Positions 38,528 through 48,616 of a stretch of DNA of 64,000 bases are shown here, piece after piece. Numbering within the stretch: position 1 is the first letter of the stretch; every line of letters begins with the position of its first letter. The notes beneath the pieces were generated by a model that was given only the letters and a program-made list of their open reading frames with translations, was not told where the DNA came from and ran no database searches. The translations under genes and the position numbers were made by a program. Source of the DNA: an uncultured Planctomycetaceae bacterium (GTDB taxonomy: Bacteria > Planctomycetota > Planctomycetia > Planctomycetales > Planctomycetaceae); NCBI GenBank assembly GCA_963815195.1, contig CAWFGE010000012.1:416001-480000 (forward strand). Direction: 5' to 3'.

Positions 38528-41485
38528 ATGGGGATGATTTCGTTGCCTTCGCGTTTGCTTCCGGTGGTTTTGTTGGCTGCGATCGGGTTTTTTTGTTTGA
38601 TTGGCCGAAGCCCGGCGGCCGAGGAACTTTCCCCGCGGCCGGCGTGGACGACCTCGAAAATTCAAGGCACGCCGACGCCGCCCGCGCCTTACCGGATCGT
38701 GCCCGCGTTTCCCGCGCTGAAGTTCGACCATCCGTCGAGCCTCCAAGAAATGCCCGGCGGCCGGATGCTCGTCACGGAAATGGGCGGGAAGTTTTTTTCG
38801 TTCCCGAAGGAACCCGGCGTCACGCGGGCGGATTTGATGGGGGACCTCGCAAGCGGCTTGCCCAAAGAGCTTGCCGGGGAGTCCGTGCGGCTGTTTAGCG
38901 CGGCGCTCCATCCCGAGTTCAAACAGAACGGATACCTGTTTGCCTGCTATGTCTTCCCCGGCCCGGACAAACACACCCGCGTGTCCCAGTTTGAAGTCGC
39001 CGGCGAGAACCCTCCTAAAATCCGCCCCGAGAGCGAACGCATCCTCCTCCGCTGGCCGACCGGCGGGCACAACGGCGGGTGTCTCGCGTTCGGCAAAGAC
39101 GGCATGCTGTATATTTCCACGGGCGACGGGGCCGGCCCCAATCCGCCCGACGGCCGAACCACCGGGCAGGACATTTCCGATCTGTTGGGAGCGGTCTTGC
39201 GGATCGACGTGAACGACTCGACCGACGAACAACCTTACCGCGTTCCGCCGGACAATCCCTTCGTGAACACGCCGGGGGCTCGGCCGGAAATTTGGGCCTA
39301 TGGCCTCCGGAACCCCTGGAAGTTCGGCATCGACGAGAAAACCGGAGCCATCTTCGCCGCGGACAACGGTTGGGAATCGTGGGAGATGATCCACAAGATT
39401 GTCCGCGGCGGCAACTGCGGCTGGCCGATCATGGAAGGCCGGGCCATGCTGCGTGCCGAAGTTTCGCCCGGTCCCACGCCGATCCGACCGCCCGTCAAAG
39501 ACCATCCCCACACCGAAGCCAACTCGGTCATCGGCGGCCCGATCTATCGCGGCAAGAAACTGCCCGGTTTGGACGGGGCCTTTATCTATGGCGATTACAT
39601 CACCGGCACGATCTGGTCCGTGCAAACGGGCGACGGTGAGGTGTATCAGCACCAAACGCTCGTCGATACCGATCAGCGGATCGTCGATTTCACCGAAGGC
39701 CGGGGCGGCGAATTGTATGTGCTCGATTACGACTACACCGGGCAGATCTATGAACTCCTCCCCACCGACCGCAAAGACACCTCGGCCGACTTCCCCCGCC
39801 GATTGAGCGAGACCGGCCTGTTTTCTTCGCTCGAAAACATGACCCCCGCGGCGGGCGTGGTGGCTTATGATGTGAAAGTCCCGCGGTGGATGGACGGGGC
39901 CATCGCCCAACGGTTCGTGGCGATTCCCGGCCGGGAAACCGTCGCGCTTTCGCAAGGGCAGAACGCCGCGAGCTACCCCGAGGGGACGGTGTTCGTCGAG
40001 CATTTGAGCTTCCCAGAAGCCGGCGGCAAGACCCTGCCGGTGGAGACGCAAATTCTGCATTACGAATACGGCCAATGGCAGCCTTACAGTTATCTGTGGA
40101 ACGAAGAAGGCAGCGATGCCGAGTTGGTGGACGCGATCGGGGCGGACCGCGTGTTCGATTTGCCCGCCGTGCATCCGCACACAAAACCCGCCCCGCGAAC
40201 CTGGCACGTGAACGCCCAGAACGAATGCAAACTCTGCCACAACGCGGGCTCGGGATTCGTGCTGGGCTTCGTGCCGAACCAGTTGGATCGATCGTTCGGC
40301 GAAGGGTCCGGCCTCAATCAGTTGGAGGCCCTCGAAACCTTGGGCGTGATTGCCGCGGTCCCGTCACGGGAAGGGAATGCCGCCGCGCGGTTGGTCGATC
40401 CGCGGGATGAATCGCAAACGCTGGACGACCGGGCGCGATCCTATCTGCACGCCAACTGCAGCATGTGCCATCATCCGGGCGGGAATGCGATCATCTCGTT
40501 TTATCTCCGCCGCGAGCTGCCGTTCGACAAACTCAACACGAACAAAGGCACGGGCATCGGCACGTTCGGGATGCAGGACGCCAAGATCATCGTGCCCGGC
40601 GATCCTTACCGCTCCATTTTAATGTACCGCATGTCAAAGCTCGGCTATGCCCGCATGCCCTACATCGGCTCCCGCGCCGTGGACAGCTTCGGCGTCGCCC
40701 TGATCGAAGATTGGATCCGCTCGATGAAGTTGGAACCGGGGCGAACGTTTTCCCTCGATCAACAAGCCGAGGCACCCGAATCGCTCGATCTCATCCAGAA
40801 GGATTCCAGCACGCGGAGGCAATCCGAGCATGGCGTGCGGATGCTGCTGCGTTCCACGGAGGGCGGATTGGCGCTCGCAGGCCAAATGCACCGCGGGAAG
40901 CTGAATCAAGAGGCCCAGCGATTGGCGGTGAGTGCGGGCAAATTGAAAGCGGTCAAATCCGACATTCGCGGGTTGTTCGAGACATTCGTGCCCGAAGCCG
41001 AGCGGCGGCCGACGCTCGGGCCGAACATCGATCCGCAAACCGTTTTGGACGTGGCCGGTGATGCGGCGCGCGGGAAATTGATTTTCTTCAGCGACTCGGC
41101 CCGCTGCCGGAATTGCCACGACCTGTCGGACCGCGAGAAGTCCACCGGTCCGACGCTGCTCGAAATCCGCAAGAAATACGCCAAGCCCGCGGAACTGCTC
41201 CAGCACGTGCTAAAGCCGTCTTTGAAGATCGACGAAGCGTTCGCGTCTTATATCGTGCTCACGGCATCGGGCCAGGTCGTCACGGGCCTTTTGGTGAAGG
41301 AAGATCCCAAATCGGTCACGCTCAACACGGCGGAGAAGAAACAGGTCACGATTCCCCGCGACAAAATTGAAGCGCTGCAGAAAGCCGAAAAGTCGCTGAT
41401 GCCCGAACGGATTTTGAGCGACCTCACCGCCCAGGAAGCGGCCGATTTGCTGAGCTACCTCATGTCGCTCGATGCCAAACCCTGA
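38528..41485 (+). CDS. Glucose/sorbosone dehydrogenase-like beta-propeller fused to c-type cytochrome domains
   Basis: HNGGCLAFGKDGMLYISTGDG, PPDNPF, EIWAYGLRNPWK, GGNCGWP; three CxxCH motifs (CKLCH, CSMCH, CRNCH). Confidence 0.9.
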   Translation: MGMISLPSRLLPVVLLAAIGFFCLIGRSPAAEELSPRPAWTTSKIQGTPTPPAPYRIVPAFPALKFDHPSSLQEMPGGRMLVTEMGGKFFSFPKEPGVTRADLMGDLASGLPKELAGESVRLFSAALHPEFKQNGYLFACYVFPGPDKHTRVSQFEVAGENPPKIRPESERILLRWPTGGHNGGCLAFGKDGMLYISTGDGAGPNPPDGRTTGQDISDLLGAVLRIDVNDSTDEQPYRVPPDNPFVNTPGARPEIWAYGLRNPWKFGIDEKTGAIFAADNGWESWEMIHKIVRGGNCGWPIMEGRAMLRAEVSPGPTPIRPPVKDHPHTEANSVIGGPIYRGKKLPGLDGAFIYGDYITGTIWSVQTGDGEVYQHQTLVDTDQRIVDFTEGRGGELYVLDYDYTGQIYELLPTDRKDTSADFPRRLSETGLFSSLENMTPAAGVVAYDVKVPRWMDGAIAQRFVAIPGRETVALSQGQNAASYPEGTVFVEHLSFPEAGGKTLPVETQILHYEYGQWQPYSYLWNEEGSDAELVDAIGADRVFDLPAVHPHTKPAPRTWHVNAQNECKLCHNAGSGFVLGFVPNQLDRSFGEGSGLNQLEALETLGVIAAVPSREGNAAARLVDPRDESQTLDDRARSYLHANCSMCHHPGGNAIISFYLRRELPFDKLNTNKGTGIGTFGMQDAKIIVPGDPYRSILMYRMSKLGYARMPYIGSRAVDSFGVALIEDWIRSMKLEPGRTFSLDQQAEAPESLDLIQKDSSTRRQSEHGVRMLLRSTEGGLALAGQMHRGKLNQEAQRLAVSAGKLKAVKSDIRGLFETFVPEAERRPTLGPNIDPQTVLDVAGDAARGKLIFFSDSARCRNCHDLSDREKSTGPTLLEIRKKYAKPAELLQHVLKPSLKIDEAFASYIVLTASGQVVTGLLVKEDPKSVTLNTAEKKQVTIPRDKIEALQKAEKSLMPERILSDLTAQEAADLLSYLMSLDAKP

Positions 41486-41527
41486 ACCGGAAAACAAGCA
41501 CCAAATCCGCCGGATCAAAGCAGGGAC

Positions 41528-42745
41528 CTAAAACGCCGATTCGAGGAGGCCCAGGAGGTCGGCTTCGCTCGGGAGTTGGGGATTGAGGAGCATCAGGCGT
41601 TTGATTTCATAAGCCTTGGCGGCGAAGGCGGGGAGCTCTTCGCGGGTGCCGCCCAGGTCGCGGATGCGTTCGGGAATGCCGATGTCCCTTCGCAGTTTCT
41701 CCACCGCCGCGATCGCCCGCGGGGCGGCGTCTTCGGTGGAGAGGCCCGCGACGTCTTCGCCCAAGAGTTCCGCGATCTTGGCCATCTCCTTTCGCCGGAC
41801 GGATAGATTGTACCGCATGACATAAGGCAGCAAGAGGCCGTTGCCCGCTCCGTGCGAACAATGGAGCGCCCCGCCCAAGGGGTATTCCAAAGCATGCACC
41901 ACGGCCACCGCGCAATTGGAAAACGCGAGGCCCGCAAGCGTGGCCGCGAGAGCCATGCCTTCGCGGGCTTTGAGATTGTCCGGTTCCTTGACGGCCCGCA
42001 CCAAATGCGCGCCGACGAGCGAGATCGCTTTCTCGGCCAGACAATCGCCCAACGGCGTCTTGCCGTCATAAGGCCAGCCTTCGCCCGCCGGCACGGCCAA
42101 CTCCGTATAATCGACGGCGGTGTAGGCTTCGACGGCATGGGTCAGCGCGTCGATGCCGCTGTCGGCGGTCGCCTTGGGCGGGCAGGACAGCGTAAGTTCG
42201 GGATCGACGACCGCGACGCTCGGCCGCAGGAATTGGCTGAGCGTGCTGATCTTCATCTGGTTTTCGGCGTCGGTGAGCACGGCCGCGTGGGAGACCTCGC
42301 TGCCGGTGCCCGCGGTCGTGGGCACGCAAATCAAAGGGCAGAGGCGGCCGGGCACGTTGTCGTAGCCGAAGTAATCCTGAAAGCGGCCGCCGTGGGTGAA
42401 GAGAATCGCCGTGATCTTCGCCAGGTCCATATTGCTGCCGCCGCCCAATCCCAAAATCGCATCGGGCTGAAATCGCCGGGCCTCGGCGACGGCGGCCTCG
42501 GCGACGGCAAACGAAGGCTCGGGTTCGCCGCCTTCAAAGACGCCGACCGTCCGGCCCGATTTCAACAGCGGACTTCGCACGCGGTCCACCAGGCCCGCCT
42601 CGGCCAGTTTGGCATCGGTGACAACGAGGACCCGCTCGGAAGGAATCCGCGCCAGGTGCAGAGGAAGCTGCCGGCTCGCCCCGGAACCGAACACCAAATG
42701 CCCCGCCGAGTAGAAGTTCCAGGTCGTTCGCTGGGGATCGGTCAT
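41528..42745 (-). CDS. Iron-containing alcohol dehydrogenase (hydroxyacid-oxoacid transhydrogenase-like)
   Basis: GLGGGSNMDLAK, PTTAGTGSE, DALTHAVE, HALE...HG. Confidence 0.9.
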   Translation of the reverse strand: MTDPQRTTWNFYSAGHLVFGSGASRQLPLHLARIPSERVLVVTDAKLAEAGLVDRVRSPLLKSGRTVGVFEGGEPEPSFAVAEAAVAEARRFQPDAILGLGGGSNMDLAKITAILFTHGGRFQDYFGYDNVPGRLCPLICVPTTAGTGSEVSHAAVLTDAENQMKISTLSQFLRPSVAVVDPELTLSCPPKATADSGIDALTHAVEAYTAVDYTELAVPAGEGWPYDGKTPLGDCLAEKAISLVGAHLVRAVKEPDNLKAREGMALAATLAGLAFSNCAVAVVHALEYPLGGALHCSHGAGNGLLLPYVMRYNLSVRRKEMAKIAELLGEDVAGLSTEDAAPRAIAAVEKLRRDIGIPERIRDLGGTREELPAFAAKAYEIKRLMLLNPQLPSEADLLGLLESAF

Positions 42746-42772
42746 CGGCCGGCGTTCTCCAAGGTGCTTGGA

Positions 42773-43291
42773 TCACAAAGAGGATTTGTCGTTCCAGGCG
42801 GATTTCTCGCCCGAATCGCCCTCCGCCTCGCGGCCGCAGACCGACCCTTCGAGTGCAGGGGCCTGATCAGACGTGGCGACGGCGCAGGCGTCTTCGCTTT
42901 CCCAAACGACGACTTTCCAAGCGGTCACGCCCAACGGGGCCAACAGCCGCGGGCAGATTTCCGAGAGCAGATGCTGGGCCATGTTCTCCGCGGTGGGATT
43001 GTAGGGCATCACATAATACCGCGACGGCTCGACCTGCCGGATCGCACTTAAACCGTTCACGTCCCGCTCGCTGAGCAAGAACCCGTGGTCCCAATGCTCG
43101 TCGATCCAGCCTTTGAGCACGTTCTTCAGTTCGGAAAAATCGATCACCCGGCCCACGGCGTCCTGCCGAGTCCCCGCCACGTGAAACTCCGCGAGATAAT
43201 TGTGCCCATGAAAGTGCGCGCATTTCCCTTCGTGACCATACAATCGATGGCCCGCGCAAAATCGCACCCGCCGCATGATGGTGACGCTCAC
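42773..43291 (-). CDS. queD: 6-carboxytetrahydropterin synthase (QueD/PTPS family)
   Basis: FCAGHRL..HEGKCAHFHGHNY, VIDFSELK, WDHGFL, NPTAEN, VWES. Confidence 0.88.
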   Translation of the reverse strand: MSVTIMRRVRFCAGHRLYGHEGKCAHFHGHNYLAEFHVAGTRQDAVGRVIDFSELKNVLKGWIDEHWDHGFLLSERDVNGLSAIRQVEPSRYYVMPYNPTAENMAQHLLSEICPRLLAPLGVTAWKVVVWESEDACAVATSDQAPALEGSVCGREAEGDSGEKSAWNDKSSL

Positions 43292-43336
43292 CGCTGGCTA
43301 CTCCACGGATTTTGTCTCATCGCAATCGCATTTCCG

Positions 43337-46300
43337 TTACGAACGAGAAGGCTCCTTGGGGGAATCGACCTGTTCGATCTGGATCACGCCTTCATAGAAC
43401 GTCACCGTGACGCTTTTCGTTTCCGGCTGCACGGTGATCGACAACGGCGAGACGTTTTGGAGTCGATTGTGCTCGTAGACGAGTTCGCCGGTCCTGAGGT
43501 CCAAAACCCGCACGGCAAAGTTGTTCGCCCCAAACCCGCCGACGGCCCGCTGCGGCAAGAGGCGTTTGTTGAATACGATCACCCGCGAATTGTCAGGCGG
43601 CAGCTCCTCGACGGCCTGGTTTTCGATTCGCGTTTTCCAAAGTTGCTTGCCGGTCTCCCGGTCAAATGCATAGACCAGGCCGTTGACGCGCCGGGTTTGG
43701 CGGGTGAGTTCCCGCGGGAATCCGCCCAGGCCCGCCTGTTGCTCCTCCCCGCGGTCGGTGAGCACGACATAGCGGCCCGTCTGCTTGAGCACCCAAAACG
43801 ATTTGAGGTCTTTGTCCGGTTCGAGCGCGGCATCGAGCTGCAGCGTTCCGTCCGCGAGCAAGACGATGCGGAGTTTTCCGTCCAGAGCGAGCAACGCGAG
43901 TTCGTCCTTGCCGACCGGATGAAGCCGCGTGCCTTCGGGAAACGCCTGCTGCCAGCGCACGCGGTCATCGAGGAGACTTCGGCATTCCAGCACGGCCCGG
44001 CCCTTTACGGACGCTTTGACGATCACATCGAGCCCGCGGATCGCCACCTGGTTTGCGGGGTCGGGCAGATTGAGCGTGCGGACGAGGCCTCCGTCGGACA
44101 CGCGATAAATCGCGGCGGTCTGGCCCGGCCGCGGAACGACCGCGAGGTGCCGATCGTCGCCGAAGAGCCGGCTGTTCGCGGGGATTTCATCCCGCACCCA
44201 CAGCGGTTCGCCCGTGACCGGATCGGCGGCGGTGAGGCGTTCCCCGACCTGATAGACCACGGCGTTCGCATTCACGAGGCCCACGGTGCCCAGCGGCTCA
44301 TCCAAATCGGGACCGGCGCCGGGGAAGATGCGGTTTTGCCGGAAACGCTGCATCCGCAAGATCATCTCCGGATCGACGCTGCCGTCGGTCAGGACGTCCG
44401 ACCACAGCACCGTGCCGGTGTGCTTCCGGTTGAGCATGTCGAGCACGGTAAACTGCGTCCCGGACGAAAGCACGCCCAGCGGCCCGTGCAAAAAGAGCGT
44501 AAAGCCGTTCGGATTGCGAAAGAAACCGCTCGTGTCCCGCAGGTCGAAATGCCAGCGGGCGGTGCCGTTCTCGTCGCGAGCCAACAACCGCGGCGATTGC
44601 TGGTCGATCGCAAACGTCCAATGCTCGAAAGGCGACGGCGAACTGCTGCGGACTTCCACCGGCAGCTCTGGGAGCACCGCCACTCGGCGGAGTTGGAGCT
44701 TGCCTTGAAGTTTTCCGCCGGACCAGCGGGGCGATTGAGGAGCCTTGAGCGCCTGAAAATCCTCCCGCCATTCGTCCGGCCATTTTTTGCCCAGTTCTTC
44801 GATCAGCGGAAACGCCTCGCCGTCGCGGTCCAGGCGGAGGTACACTTCGGCGAGGGCCAGCGTCGCCTTCGAGGCGATTTTGTCGGAGGGCGATTTTCGC
44901 AGCCGATCGAGCACCAGCACCTTGCGGATCAATTGATCCTCCTTGCGCCAATCCTGAATGTGTTCCAGTTCCGCCGCCTCGACGGAGGGCAAACTCGGCA
45001 GAGAGGACAACAGGTTCCACTGGGCTTTGGGAGCGAGATTCGGAAGCGACGCCGCCAGTTCCCGGGCCGCGGTCTGGTCCCATTGGGCGAGTTCTTCGGG
45101 CGAGGCTTTCGCGACCAAAGGCTCGATGCGGGCTTTGATCCAGCGGTCGGTCCGCGCGTGGTGCAGGCTGGACAACTCCTTGAGTTCCGCCGTGCCTTGA
45201 AACGAAACCGCGAGCTTCAAATACTCCGAAAACGCCATCGTGCGGGTTTGGGGATCGTCCGCGCCGGCCGCCGTTTGTTGGAGGAACAGCAGTCGCTCAT
45301 CGGGCGTGCGGAGCAGTCGGCGCAACTCCTCGGTCTGGCCTTGATAGCGTTTGTAGTCGGTCCGCAGGCCTTCGAGCAGCGTGCCCACGAGCAGCGACCG
45401 CGTTTCCTCCGCGGGCCGGATCGCCCAGGCGTTTCGCAAATCCGCGAGTGCTTGGTTCGGGTCGCCCAGGTGGAGTTCGATCGCCCCGCGGAGGGCGAGG
45501 GCGTGGGCATCGTCGGCGTTGGTTTTCAGCCGCGTTTGGATGTCGGCGTTGATCTGGTCCAGCGAACGGAACGCCCCCACGGAATCGACCGATTGAAACA
45601 CCACCCGCCCGCCCGCGGAAACCAGGTTGCCCGCGACTTCTCCGCCAGGCAGTTTGGAGCGGGCGGTCAATCGGCCGGATTTGACGTTGATGGTCGCGAT
45701 TTCGCCGTCGGCGAGGGGCAGATGATACTTTTCATCCGCAAAAAAGCCGCGACCGGCGGGCTGGGAAACGCTGACCGGCGCGGGCCACGCGTTTTGGCCG
45801 TCGGTCAACCGCACCGCGCGGACTTGTTTCCGCCCGACAACAATCGCCATGCCGTCGAAAGCGCCCGCGAGATAAATCCCGTCGCCGCGAGGCAAGGCCC
45901 ATTGGAGCCGGCCGGTCGAGAGATCGAGACAGTGCAGTTCCTGGGAATCGTTGGGCGTCAGCAGCACCCGCCCGTCCGCCACGACGGGCACCGAATCCGC
46001 CCAGCAGTCTTCGGGATGGATGCTCTCTTGCAGGAACGCGAAATTCCGCCCCTGCATCATGGCCATATTCGTGACCATCGTGTCTTCGGTCTGATCCGAC
46101 TCGTATTTGTACGCCCACAAAAGCATCCGGCGAGAAACATCGACGGCCACCACCGCGCCGGCGGCGGTGGGGCAGATCATCACGCCCTCTCCAAAGGCGG
46201 GCGAGAGGCCGGTCAGCCGGCGTTGGCGGTTGACTTTCAAATTCATCGCCGGCGAGAGCAGCCGCTGTTCCCAGACCACCTTGCCGGTTGCGGCATGCAA

Positions 46301-47914
46301 AACGATCACGCTGATTTCGTTGTTGCGTTCGCCCAGGCAATAAAGCTGTTGTCCCAGAGGCAGCGGGGGACCCAAAAAGAACGTCCCCCCAATCAGATCG
46401 TCGTTGGTCACCCGCAGCCCGCCGGCTTCCCATTCCGCCCGGCCGGTTTTGAGGCCGAAGGCCATCAGCTTGTTGTACGTTTTGGGCGAGAGCGGATCGG
46501 CCTCTCCGTTGATGGCGTAATGCACGCCGTCGGTCATGCCCACGTCTTCCACCGAATACACCCGCTGCGGATCACAGCTCAAGGTGCCAAAGGTCACATC
46601 CCTCCAGACCCGCTGGGCCAAAAACTGTTCGAGGGCCGAGGGCGTCCGGTTGTTCGGCCGGCCGCCCGGCTGGGGGAATTGATCGGGCCGCGGATTGACG
46701 TGCGAAAGCACTGGCCGGAGCACGGCATCCGCCTGGGAGGTTTTCCAGCGGGTTTCCCCCGTGCGGAGATCGACCGCCTGCACGTTCTGCATCGTGCGGA
46801 AAACGGCCATTCCATTCGCGATCAACGGCCGGCTCGCCGGCACCGCCAATAGGCGATTGTCCTCGCGGCGGGCTTCGGCGAGTTTTTGGACGGTCTGATC
46901 CATCCGCGCCATCTGCCCGCGCGACAGACCGGAGGAATCCTCATCGCGAATCGTGGACCGCGACCAGGCCACCGGACCCACGGGACTGGCTTTTGTGCTG
47001 ACGGCGTTTCGCCCCGGATTGCCGCGGGGCATCGTCCACTCTTCCGCCGCGGCGTGAGACCCCGCGCCCGCTTTCCCCAACGTCGCCGCCAGCCAACTGC
47101 GGGCGTCAGATTCCTGATCGAACAACGCCACCTCGCGCCGGCCGAGCCGAATCCGGCCGCGGGGCGCTTCGCGTTTGAGCTGCTTGAGCACCGCCAGGCT
47201 GTTCGCCGGCAAACCCGCCTGTTCCCAGCACAAGGCCAGCTTGAGCGAGAGCATGGGCTCGTAGCGCGTCGCGATCTCGGGCAAGACTTTGATCCGCTGA
47301 AGCTGGAGCGCCGCCGCGAACGGTTCCCCGTGATCCGCCGAGAGCAACCCCAAGCGGTACACCGCTTCGTAACCGGCCTTGGTATGGAAGAACCGGCGGG
47401 CGATCTCGTTGAGCTTCCCGGCGTCGCCCGCTTTCACCGCCTCCTTGAGCATCACGTCCGCCGTAATTCCAAACTCCTGATCGTAAACCCTCTGTCCCGC
47501 TTCGGGCATCGCCCCGACCAGTTCTTCCGCGACGTTCTTCAGGCTTTGGAAATGGGTCTGCTTTTCCGGTTCCCCTTCCCCGGCCTTGCTCGGCCGCGGG
47601 GCCAGAGGCTTCTGTTCGCGCGGCGTTTCGACGAACCAGTCTTCCTTTTCATCCAACACGCTCTGGAGATACCGCGCCGCGTTTTGGTAATCCTCTTCTT
47701 CCAAAAGCTTCTTGGCGTGCGTCAGTCGGCGGGACATTTCGCGGTTGGTGACGAACGCCGGCCCGTCTTCCAGTTCTTCCTGATAGGTCACGCCGTTGGG
47801 AAACTGCCGAATCAACACCCCCCGTTGCGCCGATGCCTCCGTCCACAAGACGAGCCAGCACAGGACTCCGAGTCCCAGCGCCTGCCCCAAATTCAAATGC
47901 CGAACCTGCAGCAT
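43337..47914 (-). CDS. Large secreted TPR + PQQ/BamB-like beta-propeller repeat protein (1525 aa)
   Basis: Signal peptide; WTMPRGNPGRN; repeated AxDxxTGxxxW motifs; TPR-like segments. Confidence 0.85.
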   Translation of the reverse strand: MLQVRHLNLGQALGLGVLCWLVLWTEASAQRGVLIRQFPNGVTYQEELEDGPAFVTNREMSRRLTHAKKLLEEEDYQNAARYLQSVLDEKEDWFVETPREQKPLAPRPSKAGEGEPEKQTHFQSLKNVAEELVGAMPEAGQRVYDQEFGITADVMLKEAVKAGDAGKLNEIARRFFHTKAGYEAVYRLGLLSADHGEPFAAALQLQRIKVLPEIATRYEPMLSLKLALCWEQAGLPANSLAVLKQLKREAPRGRIRLGRREVALFDQESDARSWLAATLGKAGAGSHAAAEEWTMPRGNPGRNAVSTKASPVGPVAWSRSTIRDEDSSGLSRGQMARMDQTVQKLAEARREDNRLLAVPASRPLIANGMAVFRTMQNVQAVDLRTGETRWKTSQADAVLRPVLSHVNPRPDQFPQPGGRPNNRTPSALEQFLAQRVWRDVTFGTLSCDPQRVYSVEDVGMTDGVHYAINGEADPLSPKTYNKLMAFGLKTGRAEWEAGGLRVTNDDLIGGTFFLGPPLPLGQQLYCLGERNNEISVIVLHAATGKVVWEQRLLSPAMNLKVNRQRRLTGLSPAFGEGVMICPTAAGAVVAVDVSRRMLLWAYKYESDQTEDTMVTNMAMMQGRNFAFLQESIHPEDCWADSVPVVADGRVLLTPNDSQELHCLDLSTGRLQWALPRGDGIYLAGAFDGMAIVVGRKQVRAVRLTDGQNAWPAPVSVSQPAGRGFFADEKYHLPLADGEIATINVKSGRLTARSKLPGGEVAGNLVSAGGRVVFQSVDSVGAFRSLDQINADIQTRLKTNADDAHALALRGAIELHLGDPNQALADLRNAWAIRPAEETRSLLVGTLLEGLRTDYKRYQGQTEELRRLLRTPDERLLFLQQTAAGADDPQTRTMAFSEYLKLAVSFQGTAELKELSSLHHARTDRWIKARIEPLVAKASPEELAQWDQTAARELAASLPNLAPKAQWNLLSSLPSLPSVEAAELEHIQDWRKEDQLIRKVLVLDRLRKSPSDKIASKATLALAEVYLRLDRDGEAFPLIEELGKKWPDEWREDFQALKAPQSPRWSGGKLQGKLQLRRVAVLPELPVEVRSSSPSPFEHWTFAIDQQSPRLLARDENGTARWHFDLRDTSGFFRNPNGFTLFLHGPLGVLSSGTQFTVLDMLNRKHTGTVLWSDVLTDGSVDPEMILRMQRFRQNRIFPGAGPDLDEPLGTVGLVNANAVVYQVGERLTAADPVTGEPLWVRDEIPANSRLFGDDRHLAVVPRPGQTAAIYRVSDGGLVRTLNLPDPANQVAIRGLDVIVKASVKGRAVLECRSLLDDRVRWQQAFPEGTRLHPVGKDELALLALDGKLRIVLLADGTLQLDAALEPDKDLKSFWVLKQTGRYVVLTDRGEEQQAGLGGFPRELTRQTRRVNGLVYAFDRETGKQLWKTRIENQAVEELPPDNSRVIVFNKRLLPQRAVGGFGANNFAVRVLDLRTGELVYEHNRLQNVSPLSITVQPETKSVTVTFYEGVIQIEQVDSPKEPSRS

Positions 47915-48090
47915 AACAGGATCTCCTTAGATATCGTTCGGGCTTTGGGACTTCGGACGAACCCGGAAAGGAAGACCTTCCGGGAAAAAACTAACCTTCG
48001 CCCGCAGTTTTCGTGCCGAACGCTTCCTTTAGCATAGCGGATTCCGCAAGAAAAAAGCAGCCCGATTTGCCCGTACCCGGCATCTGAGTG

Positions 48091-48226
48091 TCAAGGGGAT
48101 CTGGGTGGCACGCCCTGAGGCACGAAGGGCGTGGTCTTTGCACTGGCCACGCCCTTCGCTGAGGTCCTGAGGCTCAGGGACGTGCCACCCAAATTGGCCC
48201 ATGACCTACTTTCGTGACACGCACAC
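48091..48226 (+). repeat. MITE/REPIN-like element family D, copy 1
   Basis: TGGGTGGCACG...CGTGCCACCCA outer inverted repeat with inner GAAGGGCGTGG/CCACGCCCTTC; near-identical inverted copy at 62476-62603, including flanks. Confidence 0.85.
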
Positions 48227-48286
48227 GAGGCATCTCATCGATTTTCAAATCACGAGAGGCGCGGCGATCTACCGATGCGCCTCTCC

Positions 48287-48345
48287 CGTAGCGGCGGCTT
48301 CGAGCCGCCGAGATCGATCTCCGGCGGCAAGATGCCGCCGCTACG
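48287..48345. repeat. REPIN-like element family C (GTAG-type)
   Basis: CGTAGCGGCGGCTTCGAGCCGCCG-AGATCGATCTC-CGGCGGCAAGATGCCGCCGCTACG: two inverted GTAG+hairpin units. Confidence 0.8.
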
Positions 48346-48616
48346 TTCGTTGCGAGGTCCCGCATAATTCCTTAAACGCCAGGCAAGCCGCCGATCGAAA
48401 TCGCTTGTACGGGTTTTTTGAGAGCGGAACGAGTGCGGAATCGCTTTAGCGGGTTAGTGCGGCTTTAACGGCCTTGCATCGCCCGCGGAAGGGAAATTTC
48501 TCATTTCCCAAAGGCCGGTTGTCTTTTTGCATCGCATGTTTCAGTACCGCCCAATATCGCCGAGGCGGCGCGGTTAACCCCTGATTTGCGACATTGATGC
48601 AAGGAATACGGTTCGC

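Noticed and set aside
43085..46852. 1,255-aa plus-strand ORF (also 3233..4522, 9584..11425, 32418..34286, 52176..54209)
   Set aside because: Long antisense shadows expected in high-GC coding DNA; no motifs, and recognisable genes lie on the opposite strand.
48174..48365. Two short ORFs sharing GHGPIWVARP (48174..48365 and 62052..62528)
   Set aside because: By-product of translating the family D repeat, not a protein family.
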